The notes under the pieces are model-generated. The model did no database searches. It was not told where the DNA came from and was given only the letters and a program-made list of their open reading frames with translations. Positions 19,070 to 29,428 of a stretch of DNA of 64,000 nucleotides are shown piece after piece. Where the stretch lies: the IMG/VR virus record IMGVR_UViG_3300037418_001301, positions 1 through 64,000 of that record; one strand, written 5' to 3'. This DNA is from a virus. Its lineage: Duplodnaviria > Caudoviricetes. The translations under genes and the position numbers were made by a program. Every line of letters begins with the position of its first letter. Within the stretch, counting starts at the first letter, position 1.

Positions 19070-19695
19070 CACTGATCATTGGTTTTGACCCCTCAAAGTC
19101 CACTGGATGGAGCTTGCTTGACACGGGTAAGGATTTCTCCGCCATTGAATGCGGAGTTCTCGAAATGCCCGACAAGTCCGATCACTATTACACTGCAGAC
19201 CAGATCGGTTTGAAAGTCTCGGCTCTGCTGCGCCGCTGCAAGGAACAGCGCGGCAAACTCCCCGACTTCGCTGTGCTCGAACAGCAGATAGAGGCGCAAG
19301 CGTCCATGGCTGGCCGTGGGCAGAGTTTCGCAGGCTCAATATACCCGTGGATAGCTACATCAGCGATCGTCGCCACGATCGCTAATTTCAAAATAGCGTA
19401 TGGCACCCTTATGCCGTCCTCTTGGCGCAAGTCATTCTTCGGCCAAGGCTTCAAGCCGCCGCTCGACAAGAAGGGCAAGAAGGACTGGAAACAGGCAGCC
19501 ATTACCGAATGTGAGCGTCTGGGGATCAATCTGCCGAGCCGCAAGGCACTTGCTGACGATGCTGCTGAGGCTGCGGCGCTCGCGATCTGCTGGGCAAGCC
19601 GCGATATCAATCTTCACGCCGGGCGCTATCACGAGCCGTTCATGAGGCTCCTGCAGCAGCGCAATTCGAAAACTCCAGAAGGAGTCGCCGCATGA
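19066..19695 (+). CDS. RuvC-like Holliday junction resolvase
   Basis: IIGFDPS...GW, LEQQ, WRK, DDAAEAAALA. Confidence 0.75.
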   Translation: MTLIIGFDPSKSTGWSLLDTGKDFSAIECGVLEMPDKSDHYYTADQIGLKVSALLRRCKEQRGKLPDFAVLEQQIEAQASMAGRGQSFAGSIYPWIATSAIVATIANFKIAYGTLMPSSWRKSFFGQGFKPPLDKKGKKDWKQAAITECERLGINLPSRKALADDAAEAAALAICWASRDINLHAGRYHEPFMRLLQQRNSKTPEGVAA

Positions 19696-19878
19696 CGACC
19701 AAATCCCACCACTGTCCCAGATGCTCGAAGGCTCTCTCTATCGCTGAAATTATCACCGAGTTCTGCGAAGAATGCCTTGTTGACGTCAAGCCGACACTAA
19801 ACCCGCCAGCCCACGACTGCCCCCAGGCAGACCGCGCCGCTCCCCGTGATGGCGCACCGACGGCGTAGGCGGCATAGG

Positions 19879-20451
19879 ATGACGGTCACAGCCTCGAAAT
19901 ACGCCCGCAACGAAAACGATCTCTACCAGACTGAACCTTGGGTCACCGAGGCCCTGCTTCGCCATTTCCAAGTCAATGGAATGGACGTCTGGGAATGCGC
20001 CGCCGGAAATCACCTTATGGCTGACGTTCTTGGCGAGACAGCAAAGTCAGTCTTCACCTCCGACATCAAAACCTATGATCGTCAACACGATTGGGTTGCT
20101 GATTTTGTCGCCGATCCTGAAAGCCAGTTTTCGCACGATTGGCAGGCCATCATCACCAATCCACCATATGGCAAGCAGAACAGAACCGCAGTGAAGTTCA
20201 TCGAACTCGCCTTGCGGCGCAGCGTCGGGATCGTTGCGATGCTGTGCACCGCCAAGTTCGACTTCGGCAATACCCGCTGTCATCTCTTCCGAGACAATCG
20301 CCGCTTCGCAGCCAAGATCGCGCTCGTGGACAGGATCTCGTGGACTCTCGACGGCGTCACCGGCACTGAAGATCACGCCTGGTACGTGTGGACGGAGGCG
20401 CCGCGCCTGCCCCGGCTGCCGGCGATGCTCTATGCTGGGAGGACAGCATGA
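19879..20451 (+). CDS. Small DNA adenine methyltransferase
   Basis: D.Y.TEPW, WECAAG, ITNPPY. Confidence 0.85.
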   Translation: MTVTASKYARNENDLYQTEPWVTEALLRHFQVNGMDVWECAAGNHLMADVLGETAKSVFTSDIKTYDRQHDWVADFVADPESQFSHDWQAIITNPPYGKQNRTAVKFIELALRRSVGIVAMLCTAKFDFGNTRCHLFRDNRRFAAKIALVDRISWTLDGVTGTEDHAWYVWTEAPRLPRLPAMLYAGRTA

Positions 20452-21974
20452 GCAAATACGAAGACCGCGCCGCTGCCATGGCAAGGACACGCGACAATCC
20501 GTTTGAGCGGCAGTTGCCGGCGAACATCGAAGCGGAACAGGCGCTCTTGGGAAGTCTGTTGGTAAACAATGCCGCCTATCACGCCATTCTCCCAACCGGC
20601 ATCGAGGCCAAGCATTTCTATGAGCCGATCCATCGGACGATATTTGAGGCAGCGAAATCCTGCATAACGTCCAACAAGATTGCAAACCCAGTTACCATTC
20701 GCTCGTTCATCGCGCCTGATATTCTCAATAAACCCATTGGCGATATGACAGTAGGAGGATACACGGCAAGGCTTTGCTCAGAAGCTACCTCGATCGTCAA
20801 CGCCCCCGACTATGCCGGCGCTGTCATCTTCTACGCCCACCGCCGCGATGTTCTTCCAGCAGCGGATATCATTGACACAGCCGCCTGCAATGCACAGGAC
20901 GAACTCGCCTTTGTCGACCAGATCAGAGACGCGCGGGACCGGCTGACGAACACCATCAATGCGATCGAGGGGCAGGGGGCGCAGGACGACGACCAGATCG
21001 TTGACGCCTATCTCCAGATGATCACGGGCGAGAACGAAGCCACTGGCGCCGATGGAATTCCGCTGCCTTTCCCAGACTTCGAATATCTCATCAACGACAA
21101 CATGCTTCGCCCTGGAAGGACATACGGAATTCTAGGGGCAAGCGCTGAAGGGAAAACATCTCTGACGCTACAGGTTGTCTATGCGGCGCTGATTGCTGGA
21201 CATCCGGTTTGCATCTTGTCCTTTGATCAGGATCAGATGGAAATTCTGGCGCAGATCACGGCGCAGCAGGAAGGCATACCGTTCTCATCACAAATCCAGA
21301 ACTCGCGAAATCATCAGCGTCTTAGCCAGCACCAGATTGACCAGGCGTATGGCTTCATTCGAAAGCTGAAACGGAGGCCGTTCGAGATTATCCAATGCCG
21401 GACTTCTGACACGGTGCAGAAGCTTGAAACCAAAATGGACGGGTTTCTCCGGCGGCGCACCAATGGAAAGATGCCACTCTTCGTTTTCGACCATATCCGG
21501 GCGATCAAGCCCGCGGCGCAGGCAGACGAAGGCACCAAAGCCCTGCAGATTGGACAGGATATCCACGACGCAATGAAAGCCCGCAGAAGCGCCGGTTGGG
21601 TGCTCCAGCAACGATCGACAACTGGCCTCAAGCGTGAGAACCCGCGGCCTGCCTCCGCCGACCTATTCGGAGGAGACTCGGCAAAGCAGCCGTTCGATGT
21701 AATTTTCTACGTCTTCCGGGCCAGTGAGCACCGCGACGAACAGGTGAGGACGGCGAAGGAAGAAAAAGACGTGGCTGGTATCAAAGAACGGTTCAACCGT
21801 ATCTACGGTAGGGACCGCAATGACGAATACATCCCGATCGAGAATTGTGTTGAGCTTGGGCTCATCAAGAACCGCTTCGGGCCGAAGAACCGCCGGGCTC
21901 ACCTAGCCTTCGATCCAGATTACACGCGGTTTTCATCTCGACGCCAGCAGGATCAATGGGAGTTGCTGCCATGA
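20448..21974 (+). CDS. dnaB: DnaB-like replicative helicase
   Basis: PANIEAEQALLGSLL N-terminus; Walker A GASAEGKTS; FVFDHI; LIKNRFGP. Confidence 0.9.
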   Translation: MSKYEDRAAAMARTRDNPFERQLPANIEAEQALLGSLLVNNAAYHAILPTGIEAKHFYEPIHRTIFEAAKSCITSNKIANPVTIRSFIAPDILNKPIGDMTVGGYTARLCSEATSIVNAPDYAGAVIFYAHRRDVLPAADIIDTAACNAQDELAFVDQIRDARDRLTNTINAIEGQGAQDDDQIVDAYLQMITGENEATGADGIPLPFPDFEYLINDNMLRPGRTYGILGASAEGKTSLTLQVVYAALIAGHPVCILSFDQDQMEILAQITAQQEGIPFSSQIQNSRNHQRLSQHQIDQAYGFIRKLKRRPFEIIQCRTSDTVQKLETKMDGFLRRRTNGKMPLFVFDHIRAIKPAAQADEGTKALQIGQDIHDAMKARRSAGWVLQQRSTTGLKRENPRPASADLFGGDSAKQPFDVIFYVFRASEHRDEQVRTAKEEKDVAGIKERFNRIYGRDRNDEYIPIENCVELGLIKNRFGPKNRRAHLAFDPDYTRFSSRRQQDQWELLP

Positions 21975-22306
21975 TCACCGCCTCAATCGCCCGCGCCATC
22001 AACACGCCGAAGGGATGGCAAGCCGAATATCACTTGGCTGGCGAGACGGAGCCGCACAAGCTCTGTGACGCGCTCGGCCGGCCGCAGATATACCCGACAG
22101 CCCAAGACGCGCGTGTGGCCGCCCTTGAGGCTCTGGTGGCCGCCATGGAGCGCGCCGACGCCGCCTATATCGACCCGTTGCCGGATCAATTCTGGCTGGA
22201 GGTAAAGCCGAAGACATCGCTCGGGCTAATCGTGCAGGCGAAGAAGCGGTTCGCCCGGGTCGAGGCGGGCCGGGTTATTCCAGTCGAGCGGAGGGCGAGC
22301 GCGTGA
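21971..22306 (+). CDS. Hypothetical protein
   Basis: Coupled ORF. Confidence 0.55.
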   Translation: MITASIARAINTPKGWQAEYHLAGETEPHKLCDALGRPQIYPTAQDARVAALEALVAAMERADAAYIDPLPDQFWLEVKPKTSLGLIVQAKKRFARVEAGRVIPVERRASA

Positions 22307-23178
22307 GCAACCCGTACCTTATCGAAGGCCCAGCGCTCATCTCGTTTTCTGGCGGGCGCACATCGGCCTACATGCTCTACCAAATCCTTCAGGCGCATGG
22401 CGGAAAGCTGCCTGACAACGTCGTCGTAGCCTTCGCCAACACAGGCAAGGAACGTGAGGAAACGCTTCGCTTTGTCCATGAGTGCGGCAGCCGGTGGGAT
22501 GTCAAAATCCACTGGGTAGAATGGCGCCGAGGCAAGCCGGGATATGAGGAAGTCGGATTCAACAGCGCCAGCCGCGACGGAGAGCCATTTGCTGATCTCA
22601 TCGCATGGAAGCAACGCTTGCCGAACAGCTTCGAACGCTGGTGCACGGAATTTCTCAAGGTGAAACCAATGTTCGCGCTGATGCGGGAAACGATGGGCTT
22701 GTCCCCTGGCGAATTTCAAGAAACTATTGGTCTCCGCGATGACGAAGGAGTTCGCATCTTCAAAGGTTTAGAAGCGGCCGAACGACACGGCCGCCGTGTC
22801 GTTTACCCGCTCGCCAGCGCGAAGGTGAAAAAGCCAGACATCTGGAAATTCTGGCTTGGCGAGAACCGTGATCCAAAGCATCTCACCAACCCATTGCCGC
22901 AGGGCTTTGATCTCGGTCTCTATCCGTGGGAAGGAAACTGCACGCTTTGCTTCCAGAAGGGTAAGGGCATCCGCAAGCGGTACATCCGAGAAAACCCGTC
23001 TGAGCCAGCGTGGTGGATAGCCCAAGAGGTCAGTCAAAACGGATGGTTCGATAAGCGCGATCTCGTTTCCGAACTCGTTGCCCAAGTGCGGGCAAATCCC
23101 AGCTTTTTCGATGCCGACGACGACATGGAATACGACGTTGAATGCGGGCTTCACTGTGCATTGGAGGCAGCGGAATGA
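22303..23178 (+). CDS. PAPS-reductase-like (PP-loop) protein
   Basis: ISFSGGRTS, FANTGKEREETL.F, RWCT..LKVKP, GNC.LCF. Confidence 0.85.
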   Translation: MSNPYLIEGPALISFSGGRTSAYMLYQILQAHGGKLPDNVVVAFANTGKEREETLRFVHECGSRWDVKIHWVEWRRGKPGYEEVGFNSASRDGEPFADLIAWKQRLPNSFERWCTEFLKVKPMFALMRETMGLSPGEFQETIGLRDDEGVRIFKGLEAAERHGRRVVYPLASAKVKKPDIWKFWLGENRDPKHLTNPLPQGFDLGLYPWEGNCTLCFQKGKGIRKRYIRENPSEPAWWIAQEVSQNGWFDKRDLVSELVAQVRANPSFFDADDDMEYDVECGLHCALEAAE

Positions 23179-23687
23179 TCAATTTCCCCAAACTCTATCT
23201 TGATCTGGACGGCGTCATGGCTGACTTCGACGCCCATTTCCCAGCAGTATTCGGGCTGGACCACAAATCACTTGCCGATGATGAAATGTGGCTGCAGATC
23301 AACGCTCACCCCTCCTACTTCCGCGATATGCCGCCATGCGAGGGCGCTAAGGCGTTCTTCGATGGCATCTCGTGGCTTGACCCGATCATTCTCACAGCCT
23401 GCCCACGGACGAACTATGCCAATGCAGCGCGACAGAAGTGGGCATGGGTGCGGGAGCATCTATCCACCACATGCATGATCCTCCCGGTCATGGGCGGCTA
23501 CAACAAGCCGCTGTTCATGCATGCGCCGGGAGACATCCTCGTTGATGATTTCGAGCGCAATACGAAGTGCTGGGAGAAAGAGGGCGGAGTTGCGATCCTG
23601 CATCGTGACTTTGCCACGACGCGCGCGGAATTGGACCGTTGCCTCCGGCCGCAGTTCGACGCCGCAGAAGCGAGGGCCGAAGCATGA
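23175..23687 (+). CDS. 5'(3')-deoxyribonucleotidase (HAD, NT5C-like)
   Basis: LYLDLDGVMADF, ILTA, K..W, DILVDD. Confidence 0.88.
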   Translation: MINFPKLYLDLDGVMADFDAHFPAVFGLDHKSLADDEMWLQINAHPSYFRDMPPCEGAKAFFDGISWLDPIILTACPRTNYANAARQKWAWVREHLSTTCMILPVMGGYNKPLFMHAPGDILVDDFERNTKCWEKEGGVAILHRDFATTRAELDRCLRPQFDAAEARAEA

Positions 23688-24837
23688 CCATTCCGTTCGA
23701 TTTGGACTACGATATCTACTCCCTGTCGCTCAATCTGAGCCATGCCAAGAAAGGCTCCCGCACGTTCGACAAGCTGATCGCCAAGGTATTCGGTCGATCG
23801 ACGACCGAGCCGTGGTCAACGCGGTTTGAAAAGGCCGCTGATCTCTTCAAGGAGGAATTCGGAACCCAAGGCTGGTCGCGGGAATGCCTGTATAATTCCT
23901 GCAACGGCATCAGCTGGCACGTTCGTAATGACGAGACAGGAGAATGGTTTCCGGGCCATGGCGATACGGATGCGCTGGCATTGTGCGTGGCCATCGTCAA
24001 AGCGAAGCGTGGGGAGACGGAAGAATGAAGCCCACCAAATCCGTATTTACCAACGAAGCTGCGCTCTGCCAGCAATTCATCTCTAAACTGCCAGAGGGTT
24101 GGACTGCCTATCCTGAAACTGCAGGCTTCGATATCTTGCTTATTCGCAATGCAGATGGTGCCCAAGTCGGCATCGAGGCCAAGCTTACGCTCAATGCAAA
24201 GGTGGTGCTGCAGTCTCTTGGCTACGAAGACTATTACAGCTTTGATGGTCCAGATTTCCGGGCAACATTGGTCCCGAGCGGAACTGCTGGTGGTGAACTC
24301 AAACAGATCGCCAGAAGGCTCGGTATCGTCACCATCGAAGTGATGAGCGATGAAGTCCACGGAGCTTCAATGACTGCGATTTATGGTGGTCGCGTCTATC
24401 TGAAATCCCAGCCTCAACCATTTTTCAGCCCCGATCTGCCCGCGATCGTTTCACCATGGGGAGATGTCTGGCTAGACCATTGCCCGCCCAGGCGCTGCAA
24501 ACTGCCAGAATATGTTCCCGATGTCGGCGCCGGCCATTCCGCGCCCATCCAACTTTCCGACTGGAAAATCAGGGCCATTAAGATTTGCGTCATCCTTGAA
24601 CGTCGCGGCTATGTCACCATGGAGGATTTCAAGCATCTCCAAATCAACCGTCAGCGTTGGATTGAGATGAGGTGGCTGTCTCTCACCGAGACCAGGGGCA
24701 AGTATGTCGCCGGAGCTAGGCCAATCGATCTTAGGGCGCAACATCCCGTCAACTATGAGCAGATCGCGGCCGACTTCGACAAGTGGGCTCCAAAGGACAC
24801 GCCGTTGTTCCGGGAAAAGCAGGAGGCGTTGCTATGA
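23684..24837 (+). other. Two hypothetical ORFs (23684-24028, 24025-24837)
   Basis: ATGA-coupled; the second has a PD-(D/E)xK-like pattern (FDIL...GIEAK). Confidence 0.55.
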
Positions 24838-25607
24838 ACACCCCCGCTTATCAAATCGGCCCCATAGAGGCCAAGGCAATCGCGGATGCCATAGCGTGCC
24901 GTAAAAGGCTTATGGCAGCCAAGCCGCCAGCGCCGCGCCTCATGCTGGTCAAGCCCGCCGAACCCGCTACAGAAGCCCCACAGCGGCTGCCAGTGGCGTT
25001 CGACCATCATGTGCTTGCCTACAGGGCTCAAACATCCGGCATCGCCTACGTGCTCTATGAATGCCGAGAGCGCGGCCTGACGCTCGATGACCTGCGCCGG
25101 TCGAACCGAAGCCACGAAATGGTGATGTTGCGGGGAGAAATCGCCCACAACTTGTCAATCCGTTTCGGCTGGAGCTATCCGCAGATCGCACGACATCTCA
25201 ATCGCGACCACTCATCAATTATCGGATGTGAGGCGACGTACTGCTCGATCAACCATATAGCAACGCGGACAAAGCAGCCTCGCCGCGTCGTCACACCTGA
25301 GCAGATGGAAGAGATCAAGCGCCGGATAACTGCTGGCGAAGGTCTGTCAACAGTCGCTAGGTCGTTGGGCCACTGCGTTTCCACCATCGTGCGCCGATCG
25401 ATCGAGAGCGGCTGGTATGTCGTCAATCACCGGCCCGGCAAGAAGAAGATGCCATTGCCCCTCGACAAGATCGAGCAGGATTACAACGCCGGCATGGCGT
25501 TCAGGGCTATCGCCGCCAAATACCGCGTCAGCACTCGGACGATCAGCCGGGCCGTTGCTGACCATGGGTGGGCGCGGAAGGCGGAAGCGAAGAGGGCATG
25601 GCAATGA
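24834..25607 (+). CDS. DnaA C-terminal-domain-like HTH protein with further HTH repeats
   Basis: R.......R.EIA..L..RFGWSYPQIARHLNRDHSSII. Confidence 0.75.
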   Translation: MNTPAYQIGPIEAKAIADAIACRKRLMAAKPPAPRLMLVKPAEPATEAPQRLPVAFDHHVLAYRAQTSGIAYVLYECRERGLTLDDLRRSNRSHEMVMLRGEIAHNLSIRFGWSYPQIARHLNRDHSSIIGCEATYCSINHIATRTKQPRRVVTPEQMEEIKRRITAGEGLSTVARSLGHCVSTIVRRSIESGWYVVNHRPGKKKMPLPLDKIEQDYNAGMAFRAIAAKYRVSTRTISRAVADHGWARKAEAKRAWQ

Positions 25608-27312
25608 CCGATCGCATCACCTGCTGCGTCCCCTTCTGCCATCATACCCGTGGTGATCGTAAAGGCGATCCGATCCTTGGAATGCGGGAATGGCTTTGCG
25701 CAGAGCATTGGCGGCTCGTCTCAGGCACGCTGAAAGCCAGACGGGCGAAGTTCCGACGCATGTACAAGCGCACGAGCGACATCATCCGCAAGGTTCGGAT
25801 ATGCAAGGCAGATGAGCGCGCTTGGGAGGCTTGCAAGCGCCAGGCAATCGAAAGGGCGGCTGGGATATGACAGACATCGCCGAAATGCTCCAGAAAATCC
25901 CGCCGCACCGCATGGAGTGGCGCGCTCGGCTGATTGACTTCCTTCTGCCTCGCCTCACAGGCACGGCGCAGGAAAAGGAACTGGTGCTGGATATGGTATT
26001 CGCCTCGCTTTCCGAAGCTCATAACGAAGGCATCAAGGATTGTTCCGATTTCGCTGGTGACTTGGCGGACAAGTTCACTGGCGATCGGCAGTTTGTTCTC
26101 AGGACAATACAAAAGCGGCTGCTTCAATTGCACGACCTGAACGCGGAAGGGCAGGGAACATGACTATCGCAGACCTCATCGAAAGACTGGAGAAGGCAAC
26201 CGGGCCAGATAGGGAACTGGACCGCGAGATAGGCATCGCCATCGCTGGATGGCTACCGGGTCAATCCTCCACGATGATAACTCCGAATGGCCCAGTTTCA
26301 TACGCTGGACTTATCTATGTCCCAAGCGACAAAACCCACTATGCGGACCATCCTGGCTCAATGTATCCGAGTTTCACGGAGAGCGTGGACACCGCCATAG
26401 GGCTTTGTGAACGAGTCCTCCCCGGCTGGATTTGGCGCGTAGCAACATGCTCTGTCTCTGACGATGCATGGGTAATTCCCGACTTCAATTGCCCAGTTCA
26501 CGGGGAGCGTTTGAAGCGCGACTTGCCGGAGGTATGGGCGCAGCGCGATCCGTTGGAATTCCTTGGGACAGATATCGATCTCAGGCCATCGGGTAGGCCA
26601 GCGATAGCGCTGTGTATCTCGGTTTTGACAGCCGTGGAGCGGATCAACAAACTGAAGGCGAAGGGGCAAGGGATATGACCAGCGATGACAAAATCATCCG
26701 TGCCTATCTCCAAGCGGCACACCACCGCGGCGGCACCTTCTACATGGCCATGGGTATGATGGTGGGTAGGATCATCCTGCTTGAAGACCGGCTCACAAGG
26801 GCAGGGGTTAGTTTCGAGCCAGACATGGTGATCGCGAAGGCGGAGGTCGACGGCACATGATCAACACTGCCGAGGCGATGGCTATCTTGAAGGAGTTCGG
26901 AGTCGAGGTGATCCCGTCGAGCGGGCACAGTGCGCCTGGAAATACCAAAGCTCTTCGCAGCCTGCAAAGGATAGTCAATCATCGTGGCTACGATCATGCG
27001 CGGTTTCTGATCTTGACCTGGAAGGAATCAAACATCCGGAAGACAGTGCTAGATGCCCCAACCGCGTGGGCTCTCAGTGACACAATAAAGGCCATGGAGA
27101 AGAATTTCCCCGATATCCTAACCAACGACCCGGAACGATGGTTTCGCTTTGTTGACGGGCTGCCTATCGGATGGATGCAGGAATGGGCTAGGCCAGTCGA
27201 TGACGTCAACCCTAGAAGGCATGTAATGTTTGGCCAGATTTGGGAGCGAGCTATTCGCATCTTTGGAGCAAAGCAGGGGGATTTACTGGATGACAGGAGA
27301 CTGAGCGCATGA
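25604..27312 (+). other. Run of hypothetical ORFs (25604-25870, 25867-26163, 26160-26678, 26675-26860, 26857-27312)
   Basis: ATGA-coupled plus-strand ORFs. Confidence 0.6.
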
Positions 27313-27546
27313 CATCCTTCCTTCAAAAGCAAAAAGAAAAAACCGAGGCAGAGGAATGGGACTTCGGTGGTTTCCAGAGGCTAAGGCGCGGTTCGAAGGA
27401 CAACGTCCTTCGGCGGGGTTTGGGGCGGCAGCCCCTCCTTAATTGAGATAGAGAAGGGAAATGCTGAAATACTGTTGGGTTCTACCACACGCGGCTATGG
27501 CATTGATGTTCTGTGTGATATCGATAATATCTCCAGAGATAACGAG

Positions 27547-28008
27547 ATGCCGTACATGCCACGTAGACAAATTAGTCAGATCGACGCAAGGACTGGTGAA
27601 GTGTTGGATGGCGGCTTTGTCGCCTATGTAACTCCAAAGAGGTGCAACGGATTTGGGAGAGGTTGGATGGCATTGAGTCAGGAAGCATCTAGGATGCTGT
27701 CGCAACGCCGCAAGGAAATTGGCTTTGAGGCCTTTGCAGTCATGCACTTCTTGATAAGCACGGCTGAGTTCAATGGCCAGTTCAAGACGGTTAATCAGAC
27801 ACAGATTGCCAAGGAACTGGACATGCAAAAGAGCAACGTCTCGCGCGCAATCAAGCGGCTCTTAAACTTTGGTGTGCTTGTAGAAGGTCCACGAGAAGGA
27901 TTGAACAAGGCATACGCAATATCGCCAGAGATAGCATGGAAGGGCGAAGCCAAAGAGCACATCATCGCCCTGCATGATTATCGCCGTTCACGAGAGGTGC
28001 CAGCATGA
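27547..28008 (+). CDS. RepL-like plasmid replication/maintenance HTH protein
   Basis: QIDARTGEVL..GFVAYV.PKR.NGFG.GW, NQTQIAKELDMQKSNVSRAIKRL, Y.ISPEIAWKG. Confidence 0.7.
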   Translation: MPYMPRRQISQIDARTGEVLDGGFVAYVTPKRCNGFGRGWMALSQEASRMLSQRRKEIGFEAFAVMHFLISTAEFNGQFKTVNQTQIAKELDMQKSNVSRAIKRLLNFGVLVEGPREGLNKAYAISPEIAWKGEAKEHIIALHDYRRSREVPA

Positions 28009-28742
28009 CGTTCGAAGACATCCAAGCGCTATTCATCGCCGCCGCTGGCACGGATCGCAAACTCCCTGATACGGCGCGGCCAACACCACTAAGGGCGCAA
28101 GCATTGCCCTACTTCCACCTCGACGTGGAGAAGGCTGGCTGGATTCCCGCCGACTACATCAACGGGGAACCAATACCAGGCAAGACGATTAGGGAGCGGA
28201 TCGCCATCAAGAGAGCCGTCAAGGATCAACTGGAGATCGGAGATCGAGGGCGGCTTGACGAGGAGGCGGATCGGTTCTGGGCCGGCGGCAGAGTAGCGCC
28301 ACACGATGTTACGGAGTGGGAGCGCTGCAACGAACTTATCGTTCATGTCGAGGATACCAGCGAGCGCCGCTGTCTCTGGCATTGGGCGATCGCTAAATCA
28401 GGCGGGAGGCCATTCAATCATTGGTGCTTCGAGGATGAAGATATCCACCCTGAAACAGGGCGCCGACGCAAGAATAATGCAATCCGCAGCATCGTTTTGG
28501 CACAATCCTGCGTAAAGACGGCTTTTAAGCACGAAATCGACGTATCAACTCTGTTGCATCAACCCACCGAAATCATGCATATTGAGGCTAAGATTGCACA
28601 AGGCGTCACAGCATGGATGGCCGATAACAATCGCCCTCTCATCTGCGATTTCGACACCGGCCTGAAGAACTATCAGTGGGCCGAACGTCAGAATGAACTC
28701 CGCCGGCAACGCGAACGGAAACGCAAGCAAGAGGCGGCATAA
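28005..28742 (+). CDS. Putative late-gene regulator (hypothetical)
   Basis: Positioned at the end of the middle operon before the late genes; N-terminus F..AA.T.RKLP. Confidence 0.5.
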   Translation: MTFEDIQALFIAAAGTDRKLPDTARPTPLRAQALPYFHLDVEKAGWIPADYINGEPIPGKTIRERIAIKRAVKDQLEIGDRGRLDEEADRFWAGGRVAPHDVTEWERCNELIVHVEDTSERRCLWHWAIAKSGGRPFNHWCFEDEDIHPETGRRRKNNAIRSIVLAQSCVKTAFKHEIDVSTLLHQPTEIMHIEAKIAQGVTAWMADNNRPLICDFDTGLKNYQWAERQNELRRQRERKRKQEAA

Positions 28743-28748
28743 GATACA

Positions 28749-29057
28749 ATGACGTGCTGTCCGCGAAGCTCCAGCAGCCTGAGGGCCACAACGGACTTTC
28801 TTTACTGGTCCGAGCGCGACGAAATCCGCAAGGCGGTATTCGATCGCGATCCGCCGATCTGTGTTTGGTGTCATGCCCGGCTAGGCGATCACAGATCGGC
28901 GCGGTACTACCACATGGATCATATTGAGCCGCGATCCATCGGTGGCGCATATGATGAGGATAACCTCGTCATGTCCTGCAAGGACTGCAACACCGCTCGT
29001 GGGTCAATGTCTTTGCTGCAGTTCATGGCTAGCAGGTCGGCTCAGCAGGCAGCATAA
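28749..29057 (+). CDS. Small HNH endonuclease
   Basis: VFDRD..ICVWC...MDHIEPRSIGG...NLVMSCKDCN..RG. Confidence 0.88.
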   Translation: MTCCPRSSSSLRATTDFLYWSERDEIRKAVFDRDPPICVWCHARLGDHRSARYYHMDHIEPRSIGGAYDEDNLVMSCKDCNTARGSMSLLQFMASRSAQQAA

Positions 29058-29064
29058 TTCGCCC

Positions 29065-29405
29065 GACAGGGCAACAAGAGTGCGGTTTCGACCAGACCAC
29101 TTCCGGACATGCAAAGTAGCGTCTGCAGCGCGAAATGCAGGACCAAAAAGACAAGGCGACTGCCGGGAAAGTACGGCACAGTTTCGCGGGCAGATCGCAA
29201 GATCACCGAAAGGCCGGGTGACCGGTGCCCGCAACGAGAGCGGTCTGGATAAGTAGGGCACACTGCGGTTTATCCAGCGGGAGGCATCCCGGCCCACCAT
29301 GCACGATGCGGCGGGGCAATGCCCTGTCTAGGTCACGACGCTGCAAGTTCCCTGACCTTAGCCTTAGCGGGCCGAAGTTGGAATCATAGGTACCAGCGCC
29401 GCATC
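29065..29405 (+). ncRNA. Candidate large structured non-coding RNA (family not recognised)
   Basis: 9-bp closing stem 29065-73/29320-28; four GNRA-capped hairpins and one UUCG-capped hairpin; perfect four-way junction 29186-29232. Confidence 0.7.
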
Positions 29406-29428
29406 ACGTCTTCACATGGAGAAGAGCG

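Noticed and set aside
29065-29405. Group I/II intron, RNase P or tmRNA identity for the structured RNA
   Set aside because: No GACUA/UAGUC P7, no domain V, no RNase P consensus and no tRNA-like ends; the flanks do not rejoin into one gene.
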